In this document: piece after piece, positions 27,751 to 35,981 of the stretch
Numbering within the stretch: position 1 is the stretch's first letter
Layout: every line of letters starts with the position of its first letter
Notes under the pieces: generated by a model
What the model was told of the DNA's origin: nothing
Database searches by the model: none
Seen by the model: the letters and a program-made list of their open reading frames with translations, nothing else
Made by a program: the position numbers and the translations under genes
Assembly (NCBI GenBank): GCA_964021555.1
Contig: CAXIBU010000001.1
Coordinates: 1 to 49,237, forward strand
DNA: 49,237 nt
Direction: 5' to 3'
Source of the DNA: an uncultured Verrucomicrobiales bacterium
Lineage (GTDB): Bacteria; Verrucomicrobiota; Verrucomicrobiia; Verrucomicrobiales; Akkermansiaceae

Positions 27751-28428
27751 TTAGGATTGAGAGGCTTTAAGACCTGGCGGGAGACCCGGGGCGGTAGGGG
27801 CTGCTGGTTGAGGGGTCGGTGTAGTCGGAGCAGGCGGACTAGTCGGGGCCGGGGTTGAATTTGCTGGCTCTTCCGGAAGGTCTTCGACGGCTTCGTTTCC
27901 TTTAGGGATGAACCATTGGTCCACCTCAACCACAGCATCCACCTTGGTATTGGTTTCATCCCCTGGCATTGGCTTCAAGGTCAGGCGTGTGACACTGCGG
28001 AACGATTTAGGATCCGACAGCTGGGTCAAAAACAAGATCATGTCCCGCTCCACCCCTCTGACATTGAGGCTCACTCTTTTTCGGTGGTAGTATTCCCCAG
28101 GCGCTGGATCTGAAATTCGAGGTGACTTGATGGTTTCCAAGCGGTTCTGCGAGAGTTTCTGTTGGCAGACTTTCAGCAACTGATCCTCCACGATAATGGC
28201 TCGCTGAGCTTCCTTGGGCTCATTCTTCTCTAAGAATTCGGCCAAATCGTCCCTGCCCTCGGCAAACTTGATGGCAAACTCGTTCTGCTTAAGCTCAGCT
28301 TCGGCGTCCCTGATCTCAGCTCGCAGCTCTTCGCCCTTCGCTTGGAACGACTTGAAACCGACCAGCGCACCAACAACCAGCAGGGCCGAGCCGAGCAGGA
28401 TGGATAAATTACGTTCGCGGGTGGTCAT
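27751..28428 (-). CDS. GspM/PilO-like bitopic inner-membrane protein
   Basis: N-terminal TM helix LSILLGSALLVVGALVGF, then a coiled coil, a periplasmic domain and a Pro-rich tail. It has a 4-nt overlap with the upstream gene. Confidence 0.5.
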   Translation of the reverse strand: MTTRERNLSILLGSALLVVGALVGFKSFQAKGEELRAEIRDAEAELKQNEFAIKFAEGRDDLAEFLEKNEPKEAQRAIIVEDQLLKVCQQKLSQNRLETIKSPRISDPAPGEYYHRKRVSLNVRGVERDMILFLTQLSDPKSFRSVTRLTLKPMPGDETNTKVDAVVEVDQWFIPKGNEAVEDLPEEPANSTPAPTSPPAPTTPTPQPAAPTAPGLPPGLKASQS

Positions 28429-29675
28429 GAATCGGTCTTTTCAGAAGTTTTGAGATTAAGAAGCCAGGTAAACTCCCACATTTTCCGACTGTTTTGCTCC
28501 GAAGTCGGTGTCTCGAAAGTGTAAGCGTCTCGGAGACTACGGTTTCGTTCAAGCAAGGTTTGGAATGACCCGATTGCCGAGCGATTGGTGTCCTGGGCCT
28601 GCCCTTTGATCTCGATCTGACTAGGCAAGCCCTTGTCATCGGAAAATACGCTGAATTCGCTAAATCTGACCTTGCGCCCGGCAGGCAAGCACATGGCGCA
28701 CTCCAAGAGCAACTGTTGCGGCCACATGTCATTGTCAATCAGGGGCTGGAGTTCATCTGCCTTGGCGAGCAACTCCTTGGCATCGCTGGCATCCGCCTGG
28801 GTTTCGGCCACATCTTCTTTCAATTGAGCCAGAGTCTCACGATCTTTCAGGTAATCCTTGCCGACGAACAAGATGCCACCAATCAAGGCCAAAAGAAGAA
28901 CGACCCCTGCCGCGATCATCTGCAGGCGCTTGCGTGATTCCCGGCGCTCAGCGGCAACATCCGCAGGGAGCAGACCGCCAAGCTGGGCAGGCAAGGTAGG
29001 CGCGGGCTTGGGCTCCTGAGAGACTGGCATTCCGAGCGCCTGTTCAAATTCGCTTGCGGGCACCTTGGTATCCCACAGCACCACCCTAAAGTCGTCATTG
29101 ATCAGGCCCTGCATTTGCAACTGGGCTTGAGCCAACTGCAATTCGCGGGCAACCGAAGCCCCAAGCCGCGCCTCTTTGAGCGCTTGGAAATACACGACTT
29201 CACCCTCATCGTAGACAGCAAAGACCCAAGACCCGAATTCCATCCAGACTGCCACCACCTGCCCCTGAGGGCGGAATAGGCGGGCAGACAGCTCGAAATT
29301 GGCAGGCGAACGCCGTGGCATGTCCCGCTCCGTCTGCAATCGCAGCACCACCGCGAGCACGCGACTACTCTCCTCACCACGACTGATGATGTAATGATCA
29401 CTAAGCTTACCGGCACCCGGGTTAGGCATCACCCCGAGGCGCTCGTAGTGCATCTCGCTCAGTTCGACGAGCAGTTCCTCATCAGTGGTTGGAGCCACGA
29501 AAGGCAGGGCTGTTGCCTCCTTGACCGAAAAGGCGAAAACGAATGGCGCGGGAGGCGGCTTCGGCAATTCCGATGCACGCTCCACCTCATAAGTCTCGGT
29601 GCATTGATTGCCTGACCACAGCTCCCAGCCACTAGCGCCGGGAACCAGCAGGTGCTGATTGTTTTTTTTGCTCAC
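28425..29675 (-). CDS. GspL-like (or PilM-PilN fusion-like) assembly-platform protein
   Basis: A cytoplasmic domain of about 250 aa, a single TM helix (MIAAGVVLLLALIGGILFVG) and a periplasmic domain of about 150 aa. It has a 4-nt overlap with gspK. Confidence 0.55.
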   Translation of the reverse strand: MSKKNNQHLLVPGASGWELWSGNQCTETYEVERASELPKPPPAPFVFAFSVKEATALPFVAPTTDEELLVELSEMHYERLGVMPNPGAGKLSDHYIISRGEESSRVLAVVLRLQTERDMPRRSPANFELSARLFRPQGQVVAVWMEFGSWVFAVYDEGEVVYFQALKEARLGASVARELQLAQAQLQMQGLINDDFRVVLWDTKVPASEFEQALGMPVSQEPKPAPTLPAQLGGLLPADVAAERRESRKRLQMIAAGVVLLLALIGGILFVGKDYLKDRETLAQLKEDVAETQADASDAKELLAKADELQPLIDNDMWPQQLLLECAMCLPAGRKVRFSEFSVFSDDKGLPSQIEIKGQAQDTNRSAIGSFQTLLERNRSLRDAYTFETPTSEQNSRKMWEFTWLLNLKTSEKTDS

Positions 29676-30631
29676 GGAAGGATTTCTTCGTTTCTCATTA
29701 AAATTGATGGCCTACCCGTTCGGTTACGCAAGACCAATGTGATTTTCCAGCGGCTTTCCCCCACCTCGCCGATACTAACGATGCGGTCGGTTCCGTCCTC
29801 AACGGTCAGACGGGGAGTGGCCAGCTCGCGATCAATTAAAGGAACGCCTAGCAGGTCAAAGGCTGCATTCAAATCTTCAATTGGGACATCGTCTTCGGTG
29901 AAGCGAATTCCATCCGGCCCCTTGATGCGGTCAACCAGCTCTTGAGCTGCCTCGACACTCCCCCGGACCGCCGCCGCAATCAGTTCAGGCTCAGCCTCGT
30001 TGATGTCCAACTGACCCGAACTCCAGATAGTGAACCAATTCTTCCAATCGGGCCTTGCCTCCATCACCAAGCCAAATCCACGAACCAGTTCGGCTTCGGA
30101 CAGATCATAGAAAGGACGGTTGAAGGGGCGGTTCGAGTAGCCTTTGCGCTCGTAGTAGTCGATCTCAGCCCCATTCAAGCGGATCGAGGTATCCTCATCT
30201 ACCCAGTCGGCCAGCGAATCATAGATCATCTCGGCATCGTCTAATTCGATGCCCCAATCGACGAACAGTCCAATCATCAGATCACGGTCCTCTTGGAGGA
30301 GGATGGCATTGAGATTGAAACGCGCTCCTTCGGACTCGATGGTTGCGCGGAAACCTCCGCCTTCGTTTTCAAAGTATTGTTCCAGCAGTGGATCTCCCGG
30401 CTCGATGACTGCATTTGCTGCAATCGCGACTCCGCGCTCAGCCAAGTGTCGGGCGCGGACACCGTGGATTCTCGAGGTCATGAGGTCGGTATCAAAGCTG
30501 ACTACCGTCATGGCTGCAAAGATTGCCAAACTAAGGATCCCAATCAACCAAAGCACAGCCACCAAAGCACTGCCGCGCATCACCGCTGAGCGGCGCACGG
30601 AATGATCGATGTTAGGATCCGGGAGATACAT
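29672..30631 (-). CDS. gspK: Type II secretion minor pseudopilin GspK-like
   Basis: N-terminus RGSALVAVLWLIGILSLAIF, and a later GQLDINEAEPELIAA segment (the iNiNtA-type motif of GspK). About 300 aa. The start could instead be the Met at 30580. Confidence 0.8.
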   Translation of the reverse strand: MYLPDPNIDHSVRRSAVMRGSALVAVLWLIGILSLAIFAAMTVVSFDTDLMTSRIHGVRARHLAERGVAIAANAVIEPGDPLLEQYFENEGGGFRATIESEGARFNLNAILLQEDRDLMIGLFVDWGIELDDAEMIYDSLADWVDEDTSIRLNGAEIDYYERKGYSNRPFNRPFYDLSEAELVRGFGLVMEARPDWKNWFTIWSSGQLDINEAEPELIAAAVRGSVEAAQELVDRIKGPDGIRFTEDDVPIEDLNAAFDLLGVPLIDRELATPRLTVEDGTDRIVSIGEVGESRWKITLVLRNRTGRPSILMRNEEILP

Positions 30632-30676
30632 GCTTGGATTCGTAGAGCGCCTGTAGAGCGGGCTCCTTGTTTGTTT

Positions 30677-31528
30677 TTATCGCTGTCTTGTGGGAGGCAC
30701 TCGTGGAGGTGTGCCCCCTTGAGACGGAGCATCACCTCCGCCCGGCTGCCCCCCGCCTTGGCCCGGGGTTCCGGGGGCTCCGGGAATTCCAGGGGCTTGA
30801 CCACCCCCTCCGGCACCACCTTGTCGAGTGCCGAGCTGGCGCATCAGCGCGACGGGATTCTGCTTGGGGGGGATCCAGAAGATCTGTCGAAAATTCTCCT
30901 CACTGTCACCAAAAGCCACGTCCAGCTGAAGTAGAACTGGCTGGCGAGCTGGATTCTGCCATTCGTTAATCCACTCACTCGTTCGCTGGTCAAGCACCTG
31001 CCACTCGAACCACCGCACCCCTTCCAAGAGAACTACCGAGGCGATTGGCTCAGCCTGCTCATCGAACCCCTCTTCATTTCCATCTTGAGTTTCATTGTTT
31101 TCCTCAAGAATCTCGATGTCGTAATACTTCAAGACCACGTCAAGAAATCCGTCACGGCGGATCACCGTATCAATCTGCACTGACTTCACCGCTTGCTGAT
31201 TACCACCCCACGAAAAGATCATCGGGAAGTTCTGCAGGGTCAACTGGGACAAGTATGGCCCATTGCCTGGAGGATCATCAAAAGTCAGGTCGACCACCGC
31301 ATTTCCAGGCAATTCGGAGAACTGCTTCTTCATGAGATCAAAGAAGGCCTGCCGGTGCATGGTCTCACGTTGTTTCTCCACCACGGCACTGCTGTGCTGC
31401 AACATGATCTGGGCAAGGAGAAATACCGTGCCAGAGATTCCGGCCAGAATCCCCAAAGCAAAAATGATCTCCAGCAGACCGAAACCTGCTGTAGCTCTGC
31501 GCCTAAATCGTGGATTGAAAGCCTTCAT
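30677..31528 (-). CDS. GspJ-like minor pseudopilin with a Gly/Pro-rich C-terminal tail
   Basis: Prepilin-type N-terminus RRRATAG|FGLLEIIFALGILAGI. The size and position between the I-like and K-like genes fit GspJ. Confidence 0.65.
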   Translation of the reverse strand: MKAFNPRFRRRATAGFGLLEIIFALGILAGISGTVFLLAQIMLQHSSAVVEKQRETMHRQAFFDLMKKQFSELPGNAVVDLTFDDPPGNGPYLSQLTLQNFPMIFSWGGNQQAVKSVQIDTVIRRDGFLDVVLKYYDIEILEENNETQDGNEEGFDEQAEPIASVVLLEGVRWFEWQVLDQRTSEWINEWQNPARQPVLLQLDVAFGDSEENFRQIFWIPPKQNPVALMRQLGTRQGGAGGGGQAPGIPGAPGTPGQGGGQPGGGDAPSQGGTPPRVPPTRQR

Positions 31529-31932
31529 TGATATAGTCGGCTGTAGCGCCAGGTTTCAGCGGTTCGCTCGACTGGCTCACCATCCACATTGAAGCGAGCA
31601 ATCACCTGCACCCGCAGGAGCCCCGTCACCACTTGCCCTTCTTGACTCTCGAGATCCTCGATTGTTTCGACCACGACCTGCATCTCGATACCGTCCATTT
31701 CTTCGAGCTGATAATCGTAAACGATCGGCTCGAGGATTGGCAGCATCGCGGCATCAGTCAGTGCGCTATCCAAAATCCGCTGAATTTCGCCCTCACGCCG
31801 CCCGTAATCGGACAACTGGGCGACTTGATACATCGCCAGAGTAAATGCCGTCACTGCCCCTGCAAGAATCCCCAAGGCCAATAGGACCTCCAGCAAGACA
31901 AAACCTTTACGTTTGAGACGACGACCCTTCAT
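31525..31932 (-). CDS. GspI-like minor pseudopilin
   Basis: Prepilin-type N-terminus MKGRRLKRKG|FVLLEVLLALGILAGA. 135 aa, with 4-nt overlaps on both sides. Confidence 0.7.
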   Translation of the reverse strand: MKGRRLKRKGFVLLEVLLALGILAGAVTAFTLAMYQVAQLSDYGRREGEIQRILDSALTDAAMLPILEPIVYDYQLEEMDGIEMQVVVETIEDLESQEGQVVTGLLRVQVIARFNVDGEPVERTAETWRYSRLYQ

Positions 31933-32513
31933 CGAAATTCGTAGCGCTCCTCCGCCATTGCGCCCGTCAGGGGATTATACCGATGTTTGATCCAGCCATT
32001 CTCGGCACGAATCCTCACCTCCACTGGCTCTACCAATCCCTCAGGGCGGAACTCCCAGACGAAGGTATTATCTCGCTCAAGCACCAGCCAATCCTGATTC
32101 CACCCCTTGACCTCGAGCGTCATTCCCTCTGGCAGATCGAAGCGATCACGGATCATTTCGAACCGTTGAGGGCGCTGTATTTCTTCATCCTGATCGAATA
32201 AGCTCAGCTCTTCTTCCTCTTCCTCCAGTGGATCGCCAAAAACAGGTTCCAGCGTGATTCCAAATTCGTCAAAGACCAGCTGATAAGACCTCCGCTGCAT
32301 CAGTGACAGAGACCGAGCCCGCTTGGAGAACCCTTCGACTTGGGTGATTGATTCCCGAAACTTCGCCTCATCATCTCCGCTGCGCATGGCAACGATGCCG
32401 ACGACAAAGATCATCGCCACGATGGACATCGCAATGACCAGCTCTATTAAGCTGAAACCCGGAGCAGCTTTGGCAGATCCGGGTTTCGAAGAAAATGTGG
32501 GACGGTATTTCAG
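31929..32513 (-). CDS. GspH-like minor pseudopilin (start codon unresolved)
   Basis: The first ATG (32429) lies inside the hydrophobic helix. The in-frame upstream sequence reads ..KAAPG|FSLIELVIAMSIVAM, a prepilin cleavage/methylation motif. I tentatively placed the start at the CTG at 32513; the alternative is the ATT at 32516. Confidence 0.6.
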   Translation of the reverse strand: MKYRPTFSSKPGSAKAAPGFSLIELVIAMSIVAMIFVVGIVAMRSGDDEAKFRESITQVEGFSKRARSLSLMQRRSYQLVFDEFGITLEPVFGDPLEEEEEELSLFDQDEEIQRPQRFEMIRDRFDLPEGMTLEVKGWNQDWLVLERDNTFVWEFRPEGLVEPVEVRIRAENGWIKHRYNPLTGAMAEERYEFR

Positions 32514-32528
32514 AATGAGCGCCTGACT

Positions 32529-32981
32529 TTAGTTAGTCCTTTTCTTCTGACTCGAGAGATCATCCTCGGTGCCAAGTTCTCCGTCCGGTCCCATGGAAAT
32601 GATCTCGGGACGATTCGGCTTGATCGTGCCCTTGCGCTTGTAAACGTAGTCATTTTCCCAAGGATCCTTCGGCACGCCGTCCTCCATGATTGGCACGTAG
32701 TTCTGTGGGATCGGTGCTGAAGTTGGCTTCTCGACCAGAGCTTGGAGCCCCTGATTGTCCGATGGGTAGGTATTGGCCATCGTTTTGTATTGCATGATCG
32801 CGGTGGAAATCGAGCTGAGATCAGACTGAGCTTTTTGGATCTTCGCTGCCTCGCCGACACCCCCCATCATGAAAATCGCTCCACCAAGAATGAGAGCAAT
32901 GATACCCATAACAATGACCATCTCCAGAAGAGAGAAGCCTTTATTGGAGCGGAACGGGGTCGGATTAGATGGAATTTTCAT
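32529..32981 (-). CDS. gspG: Major pseudopilin GspG
   Basis: Prepilin motif SNKG|FSLLEMVIVMGIIALI and GspG-typical PKDPWENDYVY. 150 aa, first gene of the operon. Confidence 0.9.
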   Translation of the reverse strand: MKIPSNPTPFRSNKGFSLLEMVIVMGIIALILGGAIFMMGGVGEAAKIQKAQSDLSSISTAIMQYKTMANTYPSDNQGLQALVEKPTSAPIPQNYVPIMEDGVPKDPWENDYVYKRKGTIKPNRPEIISMGPDGELGTEDDLSSQKKRTN

Positions 32982-33224
32982 ACAATGTCAAAGTTGATCA
33001 GTTATAGAACGATGGGGGAGCGATAATTTGTTCCAAAAAGGTGGCAATGAGAAGTCTTTTCATCGCCTGTCAGACGGATTTCGCTAGTCGGCTACCTTTT
33101 TGTCGAAAAAGGCAAATTCCGCCTTTCAAGACGACACGTCTTCCTCTATCCGTCTTGGTTTATACGCTCAAGGCATCGCCGCGGGGCGGAGCTCGCCACT
33201 AACAGGCCATTCCTTTTTCTCACC

Positions 33225-34301
33225 ATGTCTGAATACACACTCTCCAGCGTCGACGACTACCTTAAGATTTGTCAGCAATACGATGCCTCTGACCTTCACC
33301 TCGCGACCGCAGCCGCTCCCACCTGGCGCCGCTACGGCACCCTCTCACCAATCTGGCCGGAGGCTCCAAAACTGACCGCCGCTCAAACCGAGACTTTGAC
33401 CATGAAGTTTCTCGGAGAAAAAGAGAAAGAGATCCTCGAGAAGCGCGGTGATGTCGACTTTGCCTACGCGACCGATTTTGGCCGTTTCCGTGCTTCGGTC
33501 GTCAAACAACGTCTCGGCTACGACCTAACCTTCCGCATCATTTCGACCAACATGCGGTCGATGGAAGAGCTTGGCCTCCCTGATTCCCTCATTCCTCTAA
33601 CCCGTTACCACAACGGCCTCATCTTGGTTACCGGCGCAGTCGGCTCAGGCAAGTCCACCTCTCTCGCCGCCCTAGTTGACTTCATCAACAAGGACCGCGA
33701 GGACCACATCATCACTTTGGAAGATCCGATCGAATACGTGATCGACTCCAAAAACTGCCACGTCAACCAGCGAGAGGTCCACACTCATACCGAGTCCTTC
33801 TCCAAGGCCCTGCGTGGCGCCCTCCGGGAAGACCCGGACGTCATCATGGTTGGTGAAATGCGCGACTTGGAAACCATCTCCCTCGCCCTGACCGCCGCGG
33901 AGACAGGTCACTTGGTTCTCGGCACCCTGCACACGGGTAATGCCGCTCGGACACTCGACCGGGTGCTCGACGTTTTCCCTACCGATCAGCGCGAGCAAAT
34001 TCGGATCATGGTATCAGAATCATTGCGCGGCATTGTTTCCCAGCAGCTCATTCCGCGAGCCGACGGAGAAGGCCGCGAGCTCGCCCTTGAGTTACTAGTT
34101 AATACCGCAGCGACCGCCAACTGTATCCGCGAGGGCAAGACCTTCATGCTTCCAGGCGTCATGCAGACCGGTAAAAACGTCGGCATGGTTACCATGGATG
34201 AATCCATCAAGAACCTCTACATCAAGGGCACCATCACCCAAGAAGAGGCCCTCTACCGCTGTGAGGACAAGACCAGCATGCGCGAATTCTTCACCAGCTA
34301 A
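33225..34301 (+). CDS. pilT: PilT-family (type IV pilus retraction-type) hexameric ATPase, copy 1
   Basis: 358 aa. N-terminal ASDLHL, Walker A GAVGSGKST, Walker B/Asp box DPDVIMVGEMRD, His box TGHLVLGTLHT and a C-terminal ANCIREGK motif. There is no GspE-type N-domain or tetracysteine. Confidence 0.85.
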   Translation: MSEYTLSSVDDYLKICQQYDASDLHLATAAAPTWRRYGTLSPIWPEAPKLTAAQTETLTMKFLGEKEKEILEKRGDVDFAYATDFGRFRASVVKQRLGYDLTFRIISTNMRSMEELGLPDSLIPLTRYHNGLILVTGAVGSGKSTSLAALVDFINKDREDHIITLEDPIEYVIDSKNCHVNQREVHTHTESFSKALRGALREDPDVIMVGEMRDLETISLALTAAETGHLVLGTLHTGNAARTLDRVLDVFPTDQREQIRIMVSESLRGIVSQQLIPRADGEGRELALELLVNTAATANCIREGKTFMLPGVMQTGKNVGMVTMDESIKNLYIKGTITQEEALYRCEDKTSMREFFTS

Positions 34302-34348
34302 TCCGCCCCACACTCTTCCCTTTTTCTAATTTTCTCTGCACACATCCC

Positions 34349-35455
34349 ATGGCTGAAATTGATCGTTACTTCAAAATGCTCGTCGAATCAGGCGGCTCCG
34401 ACCTTCACCTTTCCGAAGGTCAACCTGCCAAGCTCCGCGTTCACGGCAGCATCACCGAAATCGAGCCCGACATTCTGGACGGCGCAAGCTTCCACCGCAT
34501 GCTTGCTGAGATCTGCGAGCCCAGCGCCTTTGAGATATACAAAGAGACCGGCGACCTCGACTTTGCCTACGAAATGGATGAAAAGTCGCGCTTCCGCTGC
34601 AACTACCTGAAACAAAAGAACGGCTACGCGGCAGTCTTCCGTCTCATTCCGACCAAGATCGCTAGCCTCGAAGATCTGGGCATTCCCGAAGTGGTCAAGC
34701 GCTTCGCCGGCTTCCGTTCCGGGCTCGTCCTCGTGACCGGGCCGACCGGTTCTGGAAAATCGACCACCCTCGCGGCACTACTCGACTACATCAACACCAA
34801 CTTCAACCGCCACCTCATCACCGTTGAGGAGCCGATCGAATTCGTTCACAACAACAAGCAGTCGATCATCACCCAACGTGAGGTCCCGATCCAAACTCCA
34901 AGCTTCGCCGATGGCCTGCGGGCCGCTCTTCGGGAAGATGCTGACATCGTCCTCGTCGGGGAAATGCGTGACCTCGAAACCATCGCTCTCGCCCTCACCG
35001 CGGCAGAGACTGGACTCCTCGTATTCGGCACCCTGCACACCAACAACGCTCGTAAGACAGTGGACCGGATCATCGACGTCTTCCCCGCCGACCAACAAGG
35101 ACAGGTTCGCACCATGTTGGCCGCTTCGCTGCGCGGCGTGGTCGCCCAGCTCCTAATGAAACGAGCCGACCGCCCGGGCCGGGTCGCGGTCAACGAGATC
35201 ATGTTCTCCAATTCCGCCTCCTCCGCGATTATCCGTGAAGGCGCTACGCAGAAGCTCTACGACGTCATCATCGGTGGCAAAGCCGAGGGCATGCAATTCA
35301 TGGACGACGCCATCTGGGAAAAGCTCCAACAAGGCATCGTCACCCCGCAAGAGGCCTACATGAAAGCCATCGACAAGACCCGCTTCAAGCCCTTCCTCCC
35401 CGAGGAAGACGCCCACTTGGGCGACGCCTCAGGCGAGAACCCGATGGACCACTGA
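34349..35455 (+). CDS. PilT/PilU-family ATPase, copy 2
   Basis: 368 aa. GSDLHL, Walker A GPTGSGKST, DADIVLVGEMRD, TGLLVFGTLHT, and a C-terminal SAIIREGA. It starts 47 nt after copy 1. Confidence 0.85.
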   Translation: MAEIDRYFKMLVESGGSDLHLSEGQPAKLRVHGSITEIEPDILDGASFHRMLAEICEPSAFEIYKETGDLDFAYEMDEKSRFRCNYLKQKNGYAAVFRLIPTKIASLEDLGIPEVVKRFAGFRSGLVLVTGPTGSGKSTTLAALLDYINTNFNRHLITVEEPIEFVHNNKQSIITQREVPIQTPSFADGLRAALREDADIVLVGEMRDLETIALALTAAETGLLVFGTLHTNNARKTVDRIIDVFPADQQGQVRTMLAASLRGVVAQLLMKRADRPGRVAVNEIMFSNSASSAIIREGATQKLYDVIIGGKAEGMQFMDDAIWEKLQQGIVTPQEAYMKAIDKTRFKPFLPEEDAHLGDASGENPMDH

Positions 35456-35507
35456 GGCCACACATCCTCAGCGTCCTCCTCCAATCTTATGCACCCTGCC
35501 AGGTCTC

Positions 35508-35975
35508 CTAGGAGACTTGTTTGGCAAACTCACGCATTTTAGACGTCTCGTCCACGGATAGGGCACGCTTGGGAACAATCACAGCCAAGCTCTTTTGAGA
35601 ATACAGCAGGAAAAACTCTCTTCTCTCGTCCACTTTAAATAAGTGCTTCGGCTCGAAGGTCACATTTCCTCGCTTGCTTTCGATGTAAACTCGTTCGGAC
35701 TCTACCTTCATGGAGGTCTCGTTGACACCAGCCTCCTGCTTGATGAAGACCTGTCTCAGTCGGCGTCGTTGCAGATAGAATCGTAAACCTATCATCGCTC
35801 CTGCAAGCGCGATCGCTATTGCGAACTTCGAAACAAGGGCAGGAGGGTTGGCCACAACAAATCCGAGGTAGAAACTGATGATCAATATCAATATGACTTT
35901 AATCAAAAAATGCTTCTTCTGGATCTCAGCACATCCTCGAAGATACTCGGCCTCAGTGAAGGTATACTTAGCCAT
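35508..35975 (-). CDS. YcxB-like small membrane protein (hypothetical)
   Basis: Two TM helices (IKVILILIISFYLGFVV and FAIAIALAGAMIGL) followed by a PH-like soluble tail. It starts 6 nt after the topoisomerase stop. Confidence 0.5.
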   Translation of the reverse strand: MAKYTFTEAEYLRGCAEIQKKHFLIKVILILIISFYLGFVVANPPALVSKFAIAIALAGAMIGLRFYLQRRRLRQVFIKQEAGVNETSMKVESERVYIESKRGNVTFEPKHLFKVDERREFFLLYSQKSLAVIVPKRALSVDETSKMREFAKQVS

Positions 35976-35981
35976 CTGAGC

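Noticed and set aside
35503-35516. Perfect palindrome GTCTCCTAGGAGAC between pilT copy 2 and the YcxB-like gene, considered as a bidirectional terminator
   Set aside because: The central loop is too short for a stable hairpin beyond about 5 bp, and there is no flanking U-tract. It also overlaps the stop codon of the convergent gene.
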